Source: Klebsiella phage phiKp_32
Sequence record: LC768500.1
Length of the DNA: 64,000 nucleotides
Strand: one strand, 5' to 3'
Of the stretch, positions 56,224 to 64,000 are shown piece after piece. Made by a program: the position numbers and the translations under genes. The notes under the pieces are model-generated. The model searched no databases and had not been told where the DNA came from. It was given only the letters and a program-made list of their open reading frames with translations. Each line of letters starts with the position of its first letter. Positions within the stretch are counted from its first letter, which is position 1.

Positions 56224-56625
56224 ATGACCACTAAAGATAATAATCTGCTGGATAAACTGACCCAAGCGCTCAAAATCGACGTCTGTTCGCCAGAATATCA
56301 GCATGCGATCGGATTGCTTGATACACCACGGTATCGTGACAATGAACCCGATTACCTGATGTGTGCGCTGTGCGCTGCGTTCTCTAAAGATAATGGATTT
56401 AACCCTGTTGAGATTCCTGAAATTCTAGCGGTCTCTACAGCCATTATGTTACGTGAGTTCGTAGAGACCCGTAAGGAACCCACTAAATCGCAAATGACGA
56501 ATATTGCTAACGACCTCAATATTCGTTTTAATCGCGATGATTGTTTTACCATTCTTTTCGAAAACAAACAAAAGGTAGAAGATATTATCGTCGGTATTGA
56601 TTGGATCTCGTTGCTCAAGAAATAG
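56224..56625 (+). CDS. Hypothetical protein (133 aa)
   Basis: ORF with RBS gagga. Confidence 0.55.
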   Translation: MTTKDNNLLDKLTQALKIDVCSPEYQHAIGLLDTPRYRDNEPDYLMCALCAAFSKDNGFNPVEIPEILAVSTAIMLREFVETRKEPTKSQMTNIANDLNIRFNRDDCFTILFENKQKVEDIIVGIDWISLLKK

Positions 56626-56658
56626 TTTATACCCGCTCCTATCTGGAGCGGGTATAAA
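56626..56658 (+). terminator. Rho-independent terminator
   Basis: tttatacccgctcc-tatctg-gagcgggtataaa. Confidence 0.7.
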
Positions 56659-56673
56659 TGGAATATTTATTTT

Positions 56674-56704
56674 TTACTTGTATATTTTTATGAATCTTTA
56701 ATAT
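56674..56704 (+). promoter_or_regulatory. Sigma70-like promoter candidate (TTTTACTTGTAT cassette, copy 3)
   Basis: TTACTT, 17 nt, TTTAAT or TAATAT. Confidence 0.4.
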
Positions 56705-56816
56705 CTAAGTGTAAAATGAAACAGTCATTAGTCTTATATGGTTGTTTTTTCCTAACCGAGAAAATGGATGTTCTCGGTCTTTTTTAATATGGAATATAAT
56801 TTTAGGAAATCTGATC

Positions 56817-57233
56817 ATGAAAAATATTTTTATCGCTCTCTCTCTGTTCGTTTTCTCTTTCTCTGTACTGGCTGAAGATTTTGTCTGTAAGACAGAAGCC
56901 TATGTCGCTGATCCGAAAGGAACTGATCCGGCCGTAATAACCCATGGCGTTTACAGCTTTGATTATAATCGCGCTACCGACGTTTTAACCAAAATCGATG
57001 GTAAGAAAGATGACTTCGCAGTCCCTACCTTTGCGGTAGGTAAAGACGACAAAGGCATCACCGTCCGAGTGGGGTATAAAGGCAAAATGGTATATTGGTT
57101 TGGGTTTAACGGCCGGGCTATCGATTCCGTCATTCTGGCGGAACATAAAACCATGATAACCCGAGATTCTTTTAAAGGGGACGCTATGGCGAAAACAGTT
57201 TATTTGAAAATGTACAGCGACTGTTCTTATTAA
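56817..57233 (+). CDS. Secreted or periplasmic protein with signal peptide (about 138 aa)
   Basis: Start refined to ATG 56817 (tttaggaaatctgatcATG). Signal peptide MKNIFIALSLFVFSFSVLA. Confidence 0.55.
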   Translation: MKNIFIALSLFVFSFSVLAEDFVCKTEAYVADPKGTDPAVITHGVYSFDYNRATDVLTKIDGKKDDFAVPTFAVGKDDKGITVRVGYKGKMVYWFGFNGRAIDSVILAEHKTMITRDSFKGDAMAKTVYLKMYSDCSY

Positions 57234-57242
57234 GGGACGACG

Positions 57243-57938
57243 ATGAAAAGAAATGTGTTTGTCGAAATGCTCGACAACGGAGTGAGGATAAGAGCGCTTT
57301 CAGAAGATGCTAAAACCACACTGATCGACCACACGTTCACCACTCAATCGTTGTTGACTTCCGAACAGTTTCGACGCCTAGTGGACATCGCAGAAGAGAA
57401 TTGGGAGATCGAAAGTCAGTTTAGAAGATCTGTCCAGCTGTGTGTCCACTGGGGTGTGGTTACCAAGGAAATCGTCGACGGGTTAACTGAATACATCGGC
57501 GATCGTAAAGTTGCTGAACTGGGTTGCGGGCACGGTTATCTTCTTTCTTGTTTAAAAGAAAAAGGAGTCGATATCCGAGGATACGACCTGGGGATCGAAT
57601 CAGGAGAGGCCGAAGAATGGTTGGGTTCCAAAATCGTAACCGATAAGAAACATCATTTGTTTGCTTCTTATACTTCGGGTAATTATAACGAACTCTCGTT
57701 CGATTATTACGATATCATTCTCATGGTCTGGCCTCGTAATGCCGATCAAGCATTACTCAAAATGAAGCCTGGGCAGACGCTCATTCTTATCGGGGAATTG
57801 GACGGCTGCACCGGAGGTCCTCTTCAAGAGAGGATTTTGAATGAGCGTTTTGAAGTCATAGAAGAAAATTTCTTAGGGAAGCATTATATCCGCTGGGATG
57901 GACTGCACGACAAGATTAACATTTATCGTAAAAACTGA
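57243..57938 (+). CDS. Class I SAM-dependent methyltransferase, substrate unknown
   Basis: Motif I VAELGCGHGYLL, with an acidic residue downstream (GYDLG). Confidence 0.55.
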   Translation: MKRNVFVEMLDNGVRIRALSEDAKTTLIDHTFTTQSLLTSEQFRRLVDIAEENWEIESQFRRSVQLCVHWGVVTKEIVDGLTEYIGDRKVAELGCGHGYLLSCLKEKGVDIRGYDLGIESGEAEEWLGSKIVTDKKHHLFASYTSGNYNELSFDYYDIILMVWPRNADQALLKMKPGQTLILIGELDGCTGGPLQERILNERFEVIEENFLGKHYIRWDGLHDKINIYRKN

Positions 57939-57965
57939 CATCAACTTTATTTAGGGAAACGTATC

Positions 57966-58421
57966 ATGTCATTACTGAAAAACATCGTTATTAAATCTTC
58001 TTCTATTTCCGCCATCTGTGGGATTCCGACTTATAAGGATAAACCTTGCGCTTACACCAACGTGGGGTTCAATCGCAAACTTTACGGTACTGGTGTGGAC
58101 TACGTCCTCGATAATTCGGATGGGATCCTCAAACAAACTAATCTGGATGAAGCCAGTTCTGATCAGCCGACTAAACTTAACGGTGTTTTCGTTATTAAAC
58201 ACATGACTGGGTTGGTTGACGGCAATTCCTGCGTAATCGGGGTTAAGGACGACGTCATCCTTTGCGTGGCGGACAACAAAGGACTTATCTGGACCCACCC
58301 CACTCACTCCACGATGACCATTCAGGATGAGTGCCTCAAAGAGGTGATGACCCCCGACGGATTCGAGCAGTATAAGTTGGGTCGTAAACGTCGCTTCTCT
58401 GACGATCTGGCTTTCTTTTAA
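57966..58421 (+). CDS. Hypothetical protein (151 aa)
   Basis: ORF with the tttagggaaacgtatcATG start context. Confidence 0.55.
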   Translation: MSLLKNIVIKSSSISAICGIPTYKDKPCAYTNVGFNRKLYGTGVDYVLDNSDGILKQTNLDEASSDQPTKLNGVFVIKHMTGLVDGNSCVIGVKDDVILCVADNKGLIWTHPTHSTMTIQDECLKEVMTPDGFEQYKLGRKRRFSDDLAFF

Positions 58422-58451
58422 AGGGAGTCGTTCCAGAAACGAAATAACTTG

Positions 58452-58471
58452 ATCGGGAGGAAACTCCCGAT
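58452..58471 (+). terminator. Short stem-loop terminator
   Basis: atcgggag-gaaa-ctcccgat. Confidence 0.45.
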
Positions 58472-58493
58472 TGATAAATTAGGAAACCGCGCC

Positions 58494-58958
58494 ATGTCCA
58501 ATATTTTTGAAGCTAAGACTTATATCGAAATCGTTTCTTGTTCTGATGACGAGGTGATTCTTAAAGATACTCGCCATGACGGGATCTTGAAAATTAAATG
58601 TCTCGGTGATTTAAAAGGAACGACTATCCGTTCTGAAATTCAGAACGCCTTTATTTACGGTAATCTGTTGCTGAGAATCAAAGGAGAAAATACTTTCTTC
58701 TGCAAAGAAGGGTTTGACCTATCAGGTAACGTTCAAATCCATAACGTTGTTCTTCTCGACCCTATTTTAGAAGACACTTCTCTGATCGACGTTGAACTCC
58801 CTAATACAGAGTTAAGCGTCCGTTTTGCTTCTCTTGAAAATGTCCCTCCTTATAAAGGACCCAAGAAAATTACCTTGGCGTACGGACTGTATGCAGGAAG
58901 CGATCTTTGTGGCTCTTTAGACATTAACCGTATTAACGGATCGAATGTAAGAGCCTAA
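58494..58958 (+). CDS. Hypothetical protein (about 154 aa)
   Basis: Start refined to ATG 58494 (ttaggaaaccgcgccATG). The tracked TTG start lies in the hairpin. Confidence 0.5.
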   Translation: MSNIFEAKTYIEIVSCSDDEVILKDTRHDGILKIKCLGDLKGTTIRSEIQNAFIYGNLLLRIKGENTFFCKEGFDLSGNVQIHNVVLLDPILEDTSLIDVELPNTELSVRFASLENVPPYKGPKKITLAYGLYAGSDLCGSLDINRINGSNVRA

Positions 58959-58986
58959 AAAAATATTTGTATTACAGGAGATCGAA

Positions 58987-59379
58987 ATGATCACAGTTGA
59001 TTTAACAATGGGTCGTGTGACTCGTCTGGGTCTAATCATCAACAGGATTCAAAATTATCCTCGTCGTAAGGACCTCAAAGATTTAGCCCCGCTATTTATC
59101 TTTGATGAAACCAATTGGTTTTACCCGCGTTGCGAAATAAAGTGGAATAACCCGGAAACCTTAATCACCTGGCTGGGGTTGGTGGCTGACGAATTTCCCG
59201 AAGTCGGTGAAGAAGTCGAATTGATCGTTCGTGCGATCGAGGGTAAAACGTCCGGTCGGGTCAGTGCTTTTGATTTACTCAATACCCCCACTCACCAACA
59301 CCTTCTCCTGGTTTGGGATATCCATGAGAAAAAGACAACGGTTAAACATCCCGGCGGAGACCACCCCTTCTTTAAATAA
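58987..59379 (+). CDS. Hypothetical protein (130 aa)
   Basis: ORF with RBS aggag. Confidence 0.55.
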   Translation: MITVDLTMGRVTRLGLIINRIQNYPRRKDLKDLAPLFIFDETNWFYPRCEIKWNNPETLITWLGLVADEFPEVGEEVELIVRAIEGKTSGRVSAFDLLNTPTHQHLLLVWDIHEKKTTVKHPGGDHPFFK

Positions 59380-59405
59380 TCCGTTTTTCTTTAGGAATAA
59401 ACATC

Positions 59406-60050
59406 ATGGCAACTCCACGTAAAAAGAAACCCGCAACAAAAAACCGCATGACTTTCGAACAAAAACGTCTGTCTGAAATCATTAAGAAAGTCTATCACGA
59501 GCTCTATTTTGTCGGTGCATCTTTCTATAAACCTACGGCGGTTAACGCCAATAAACTCTTCTTGGGGGCGCAGGGCAAGGAAGTGCATACCGCCAGGAGA
59601 ATTCTATTAGATCATTTGATCAGCCTTAAGACGAACTGGCCTTTATGGGTTGGGTGTTTCTTCAATACCCCTAATGGAATCTCTGTAGCTACCGCAGACT
59701 CTTTATGGGAAAATGAGACGATGTTATCCTTCGGGGGTCAGTTTCATAAAAGGATCGATAGTATCGTGGATGGAATTATCGAAGCAGAGGCTGATGCTGA
59801 TTGCACTCGGGAAACGTTGATAGGATACGGGTACTTCTTTAGTCACTGCGATGTCTACAACATGTCCGGGACGGACGAACGTTTAGTAAAACTGATGCTC
59901 CCCTATATGGATGGGTATTTGGCTAAAGAAGTTAAACCAGAAGACGTCGTCGTTAGCACAGACCTTTTGATCGAATCAATAGTCAAACGCGGTGGGGTGG
60001 CTAAAGATGGCAAAATCGAAGAATACATCGAGGTGTCGGAGGAGTGGTGA
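59406..60050 (+). CDS. Hypothetical protein (214 aa)
   Basis: ORF with the tttaggaataaacatcATG start context. Confidence 0.55.
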   Translation: MATPRKKKPATKNRMTFEQKRLSEIIKKVYHELYFVGASFYKPTAVNANKLFLGAQGKEVHTARRILLDHLISLKTNWPLWVGCFFNTPNGISVATADSLWENETMLSFGGQFHKRIDSIVDGIIEAEADADCTRETLIGYGYFFSHCDVYNMSGTDERLVKLMLPYMDGYLAKEVKPEDVVVSTDLLIESIVKRGGVAKDGKIEEYIEVSEEW

Positions 60051-60598
60051 AACGATTATACCTGTTACTCATTTTGCTCGGATTAAGTTTTAGTAGTTTG
60101 GCCAGAGTCGACATCGTCCTGGTCTGTAACAAAGTTGGAGAGACCAAAGGAACTGGGGTTGTTAAACCGACTCTTTACAACACCGATATTAATTATTTTA
60201 TAATTTCCAAAAATAAAATCTCGTTACTCAATGGGCGTTATGGCGGTGTTCTTATGGGACTCCCTTTTTTCCTTTTTCGTGATAAAGGAAAAATAGAGGG
60301 CGGTGGTTCTGCCGGGTACGATAAGATCGATCTCGGTTTTACTAATGGTGACCTCGTCATAAACCTCACTAGGTTCACGAAATTCATAGCGACCCCGGAT
60401 AACAAAGAGAACAAAGTAGATAAAACGATTGAGTTCTCAGAATGTTATATTTTGGATCGGATTATCACGCCTGATGTAAAAGAAGCCGTACCTTTCTCTG
60501 AAACCGATAATAGTGATGTTAAAGGCAGAAGAGGCCCTAGACCAGGTCCGGCTAATCCAGGCGGTCACCCCAACGGTCCTCCAGGACCACCCCGTTAA
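60044..60598 (+). CDS. Secreted protein with a Pro/Gly-rich C-terminal tail
   Basis: Signal-peptide-like N-terminus LLLILLGLSFSSLA. C-terminus RRGPRPGPANPGGHPNGPPGPPR. GTG start uncertain. Confidence 0.45.
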   Translation: MVKRLYLLLILLGLSFSSLARVDIVLVCNKVGETKGTGVVKPTLYNTDINYFIISKNKISLLNGRYGGVLMGLPFFLFRDKGKIEGGGSAGYDKIDLGFTNGDLVINLTRFTKFIATPDNKENKVDKTIEFSECYILDRIITPDVKEAVPFSETDNSDVKGRRGPRPGPANPGGHPNGPPGPPR

Positions 60599-60616
60599 TT
60601 ACTCAAAGGAAATATC

Positions 60617-61234
60617 GTGGAAAAAACTATTTTTGACAAGATCGTCGACTGGTCTACTGAACGTAATATCATCACCGCGGGCAAGCCTTCCGGCCAAGTC
60701 CTTAAAGTCATGGAAGAAATGGGGGAAATCGCGGGCGGCGTTGCTCGCAATAAACTCGATTTGATCAAAGATGCCGTAGGTGATGTTTTGGTCATCATGA
60801 CCAACGTCGCTAAGATGTACGGGGTTGAACCGTCTTCTGTTATTACCTTTGACGAAGATGAACGAGGAGGGCATTTTGTATGGGCGGCGGGCACGATTAG
60901 CTTGATCGCGGATATGTACGCCTTTTGGGGAGAAGCCTTTAGCCTCGTAGAAGAGTACGACGTCGAGCGCAATTTTACCGACCTAGACGCCGTCTATTAT
61001 CCGGTGCTCAACATCCTTTATGAAATCTCCCGCCGTTATAACTTTACGTTGCAGGAAGCCATCGAAGCGTCTTACGACGAGATTAAAGATCGTAAGGGAG
61101 TTTTCTATAACGACGTCTTTGTTAAAGAAGCTGACTTCACTCCAGCTTGGGCGGTTGAGACGTTAGCGGATAAAGGTCTGTCGATGTCGGCTCGCGGATA
61201 TCTCTCCCATTGGTTGGCGAGACAAGCCGGTTAG
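60617..61234 (+). CDS. mazG: MazG-like nucleoside-triphosphate pyrophosphohydrolase
   Basis: All-alpha NTP-PPase pattern: KVMEEMGEIAGGVARNK...DAVGDVLV (E-E-x-x-E and a downstream D). Confidence 0.6.
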   Translation: MEKTIFDKIVDWSTERNIITAGKPSGQVLKVMEEMGEIAGGVARNKLDLIKDAVGDVLVIMTNVAKMYGVEPSSVITFDEDERGGHFVWAAGTISLIADMYAFWGEAFSLVEEYDVERNFTDLDAVYYPVLNILYEISRRYNFTLQEAIEASYDEIKDRKGVFYNDVFVKEADFTPAWAVETLADKGLSMSARGYLSHWLARQAG

Positions 61235-61244
61235 TAATCTTTGT

Positions 61245-61262
61245 GGGTGGGGCTTCCCACCC
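61245..61262 (+). terminator. Short GC hairpin
   Basis: gggtggg-gctt-cccaccc. Confidence 0.4.
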
Positions 61263-61280
61263 CCTATTTAGGAGAAAATT

Positions 61281-61556
61281 ATGGCTCAGGCGCCATCCAT
61301 AGTTTATTATGCTGCACGCACCACACCGACGGGAATTCTTTTGGTTGGTCAGGATCCTGACACCAAAGAGGTTCGTAAGTTCGATGTACCTAAAGATAAG
61401 CTGAACGCCAAATTAGGCGAGAAGTTTCGTTTGAGTTTCGGGGAGTTTCTCAGGGAAGATGAGCCTGACCCGATTATCTTCAGGGTTCATGATCTGAGTA
61501 AACCCAAAAAGAAACTCAATCCAAATAAGAAACATGCTAAAAGGAAAAGAAAATGA
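61281..61556 (+). CDS. Hypothetical protein with a lysine-rich C-terminal tail (91 aa)
   Basis: ORF with the tttaggagaaaattATG start context. C-terminus KKKLNPNKKHAKRKRK. Confidence 0.55.
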   Translation: MAQAPSIVYYAARTTPTGILLVGQDPDTKEVRKFDVPKDKLNAKLGEKFRLSFGEFLREDEPDPIIFRVHDLSKPKKKLNPNKKHAKRKRK

Positions 61557-61693
61557 TCACGGAGATAGTAACTATCGTACTATGTTACTTCGCCGGAGGG
61601 TGGTTTTTACATTTACTCTGGTGGCGTAATCAGAGAGCCCCAAAAGAAGGCTACGTCAAAACGTTATTCAAAGCCTGGCTTAGTCCTATATGA
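61553..61693 (+). CDS. Possible small membrane peptide (46 aa)
   Basis: ATGA overlap. MITEIVTIVLCYFAGGWFLHLLWW... is hydrophobic. Confidence 0.3.
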   Translation: MITEIVTIVLCYFAGGWFLHLLWWRNQRAPKEGYVKTLFKAWLSPI

Positions 61694-61764
61694 CATCTGT
61701 TTATTCTTATCGGCCATGCGTTTAAACGGGTAACTGAATTCTTTTTGGAAATCTTTAAGTAGTC

Positions 61765-61989
61765 ATGTTAGAGTTTAAAATTAAATGTGTCAGAGGAAGA
61801 CGGATGTATAAACTGTTTTCCTTTTTAAGGGAAGTTCTTTACGGGAGAGGGGTGATTTCTTCTACAGCGATTGACTGGGAGTTGGGAGAAATCACTTTGA
61901 GTATCTTTGCGCCGGGAGAAGAAGAAACACTGACAGAAGAAATAAAACAGTATTGCGAACAACACAGCTCATTGACTTTTCTATCCTAG
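61765..61989 (+). CDS. Hypothetical protein (74 aa)
   Basis: ORF with the ttggaaatc..gtcATG start context. Confidence 0.45.
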   Translation: MLEFKIKCVRGRRMYKLFSFLREVLYGRGVISSTAIDWELGEITLSIFAPGEEETLTEEIKQYCEQHSSLTFLS

Positions 61990-62013
61990 TCTATCTTTTT
62001 AGGAATTAACATC

Positions 62014-62262
62014 ATGATGAATAGGTTGAAGTTAAGACTAAAGAAAAACCTTTCTAAGACCTATCGACAATCCATTAGGTTTGAATCAGATTACCGTTAT
62101 AGGGTTATCGACCTCGGCAATCATTTTCGTATTGAGAAAAGGATCTCTGGATATTGGATATTTGCGCACTGGATGCGTTTACCGGTTATTTTTAATACCT
62201 ACGACAGGGCTAAGAATAAGATCATTATTCTCGGCATTCATCACACGTTTAAACTCAACTAA
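62014..62262 (+). CDS. Hypothetical basic protein (82 aa)
   Basis: ORF with the tttttaggaattaacatcATG start context. Confidence 0.5.
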   Translation: MMNRLKLRLKKNLSKTYRQSIRFESDYRYRVIDLGNHFRIEKRISGYWIFAHWMRLPVIFNTYDRAKNKIIILGIHHTFKLN

Positions 62263-62292
62263 TCGATTCACTACTAATTAAGGAAACAAAAA

Positions 62293-62715
62293 ATGTACTT
62301 ATGGTTATTTCGTATTTTAATGGTGATTGCTGTCGCGCTCAATCTTTATGGGACGTCTATTGGTAGCGAACAAATCGTTTCGTTCGCCGACTGGTTATTT
62401 TTACTCTTCACATCATTCACGATAGGTTGTGTTATCGCTTTGTGTTTAGTTTACGCCACCCTATTCGCAGCGGGCCAAAAGGTCAAAGATATGGCTAAGA
62501 ATATCTTAGCTAAAAATGAAGAACGCAAGAAAAAATCATGGTACGGTCTCAGGGTATGTGTCGGTCGTATCTGGGTATTTGGTTTCATGGCGTTTATGGC
62601 TTACTCAGGTTCACCTATTTTGGCTACGCTCAGCATCGTCTTCGTATTGATGTCATATGGGCTGAGTTCTTTGATCATGACAAAGGTAAAAGACGTTGTC
62701 GCTAAGGAGATTTAA
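62293..62715 (+). CDS. Multi-pass membrane protein (140 aa)
   Basis: Four hydrophobic helices. RBS taagga. Confidence 0.55.
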   Translation: MYLWLFRILMVIAVALNLYGTSIGSEQIVSFADWLFLLFTSFTIGCVIALCLVYATLFAAGQKVKDMAKNILAKNEERKKKSWYGLRVCVGRIWVFGFMAFMAYSGSPILATLSIVFVLMSYGLSSLIMTKVKDVVAKEI

Positions 62716-62963
62716 TGGAGAATATCTCTTTCGGTGATTACCGAAGATCATTGGGGCTAACCAGGACCAATCCTAAGACCGATAAAGAATTCTCCGTTCC
62801 TGATCACGCAGAACGCGTTTACGAGATTCCCACGGAGATTGATGTTATCGAGGGCGGCGTAAAGCTTGAGTACATCAATGGAAAGGGCCACGTGTATGCG
62901 ACATATCGCTGGATCGGCGACATGGGTTGGTGGCGCTGGGAAAGCAGAAATAAACCAAATTAA
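62715..62963 (+). CDS. Hypothetical protein (82 aa)
   Basis: ORF with RBS aaggag. Confidence 0.5.
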   Translation: MENISFGDYRRSLGLTRTNPKTDKEFSVPDHAERVYEIPTEIDVIEGGVKLEYINGKGHVYATYRWIGDMGWWRWESRNKPN

Positions 62964-62977
62964 CTTTAGGGAATATC

Positions 62978-63430
62978 ATGGCTAACGAATTCAACATTAA
63001 CGGTAAAAGTATCAATGTGCCTTCAGGCGCGTCCATCAGTTTCTCCAATGGCGAACTGTTAATTAACGGCAAACCTCCTTCAGAGATTGAGCCTGGTCAG
63101 AACATCACAGTTAATATCATTGTGCAGGGCTCTGCTACGAAAATCGATATCGGATCAGGGACTGTCACTGTCAATGGATCGGCCGGGGAAATAAAAACAG
63201 CATCCGGCAACGTCAATGTCCAAGGTAATTGCGAGGGTCAGATAACCACCGCATCGGGTGATGTGGATGTTGGCCAGGAAGCAAGAAACGGAATAAAAAC
63301 TGCTTCTGGTAACGTGACCGCAAAGACTATAAAGGGAAACGTTGAAACTTCTTCCGGAGATATTCAAGCTGATCAGATCGCCGGTAATGTTAAAACGACT
63401 TTCGGTACGATAAAACCCCCTCATGGATAA
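62978..63430 (+). CDS. Bactofilin-like beta-helical repeat protein
   Basis: Tandem 16 to 17-aa repeats: TASGNVNVQGNCEGQI / TASGDVDVGQEARNGI / TASGNVTAKTIKGNVE / TSSGDIQADQIAGNVK. The GxVxVxGxI periodicity is typical of bactofilin DUF583 domains. Confidence 0.5.
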   Translation: MANEFNINGKSINVPSGASISFSNGELLINGKPPSEIEPGQNITVNIIVQGSATKIDIGSGTVTVNGSAGEIKTASGNVNVQGNCEGQITTASGDVDVGQEARNGIKTASGNVTAKTIKGNVETSSGDIQADQIAGNVKTTFGTIKPPHG

Positions 63431-63436
63431 ACCATT

Positions 63437-63470
63437 TATACTCCTACGGCTTAATCGCCGTAGGAGTATA
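63437..63470 (+). terminator. Terminator (CTCCTAC-related family variant)
   Basis: tatactcctacggc-ttaatc-gccgtaggagtata; 14-bp stem. Confidence 0.7.
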
Positions 63471-63523
63471 TTTAAACGGTTATTTTTAGTTATTGAACTT
63501 CTCTTCCCTTTTAAGGATTATCT

Positions 63524-64000
63524 ATGAATTTTCAATCTTTGAAGAAACTCGTCGGCCCGATTGAGTTATCTTGCATATCCTTCTGTTTGCTATTTATGAT
63601 ATTTAATCTACCGGCGGCTCAGGAGTCGTGGTTAATCTCCGCGGTATGTTATTTGGCTTTATTGTTCTCTGCCAGTTGGTTATTCGAAGCGACAGGCTGT
63701 GTTCTGTGTTATAAAACGGAAGGCGGGTATGATGACAAACACGATCTAGAACATGTAGAGAACGTATTGCGCGCCGACCTTAGTTCTAAAGAGTGGTCTG
63801 CATTAACAGCGTGGCGAGTTCTAGTCGGGGTGGTTGTTCTGTTAGGGCTGGGAATATGGTACGGGGTGGGTTATTTCACCATGTTCTTTGCATCGCAGGG
63901 ATTAGGTTTGCTTGTCAAAACCTATTACGATGATTGGAAGAAAAACAACCAACCGTTATTAGAGAACGCCCGTAAAGAATTCCTTTTAGCTATTCAAGAT
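63524..64000 (+). CDS. Multi-pass membrane protein, 3'-truncated at the window edge
   Basis: ttttaaggattatctATG start context. Open through nt 64000. Several TM helices. Confidence 0.5.
   Translation, partial: MNFQSLKKLVGPIELSCISFCLLFMIFNLPAAQESWLISAVCYLALLFSASWLFEATGCVLCYKTEGGYDDKHDLEHVENVLRADLSSKEWSALTAWRVLVGVVVLLGLGIWYGVGYFTMFFASQGLGLLVKTYYDDWKKNNQPLLENARKEFLLAIQD

Noticed and set aside
1-64000. Search for CRISPR arrays, tRNA genes and rRNA.
   Set aside because: No regularly spaced direct repeats were seen. No GGTTCGAATCC-type T-loop in a cloverleaf context was spotted in intergenic regions; the only ttcgaatcc strings lie inside coding sequence. A tRNAscan run would be decisive, and none is claimed here.

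Overview
This 64-kb window reads as a contiguous piece of a large virulent tailed-phage (myovirus-like) genome. It is gene-dense and almost entirely on the + strand; the two exceptions are one spike gene and one tailspike gene on the - strand. Gene ends are punctuated by strong stem-loop terminators. All calls below are from reading the sequence and the ORF track; no database search was possible.

Layout, left to right:
- 1-10.3 kb: three very large structural proteins (the first runs off the window's 5' edge) and a convergent gp5-like baseplate spike gene.
- 10.3-23.5 kb: a DNA-metabolism and host-interaction block. It holds a Rad50/SbcC-like ATPase with a CxxC zinc hook, a secreted lytic transglycosylase, a HAD phosphatase, an NAD-dependent DNA ligase, RNase HI, and a clear HslU-type AAA+ unfoldase. 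No HslV partner is present in the window.
- 23.8-25.1 kb and 51.0-52.3 kb: two diverged TnpB-only IS605/IS1341-type elements. Each TnpB has an intact RuvC triad and zinc finger, and each is followed by a shared omegaRNA-like right-end scaffold with a different 3' guide.
- 25.3-30.9 kb: an island of about 15 small genes. It includes a candidate Acb1-like 2H phosphoesterase and a GNAT acetyltransferase.
- 31.0-44.4 kb plus 47.5-49.3 kb on the - strand: seven paralogous tailspike genes. All share a roughly 45-aa N-terminal anchor motif and have divergent beta-helix bodies. One copy is split by a frameshift at a G6 tract.
- 44.4-64 kb: PhoH, a second GNAT, a DUF2829-like protein, a QueC-like PP-loop ATPase that has lost its Zn-binding cysteines, DHFR, a SAM methyltransferase, a MazG-like NTP pyrophosphatase, a bactofilin-like repeat protein, and many small membrane peptides.

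Three recurrent non-coding motifs stand out: a conserved CTCCTACTCCC...GGGAGTAGGAG terminator family; a terminator-to-TTTTACTTGTAT promoter-like cassette present three times; and a TTTAGGRAA..ATCATG translation-initiation motif upstream of at least 14 genes.

No rRNA, convincing tRNA, CRISPR array or reverse transcriptase was seen.
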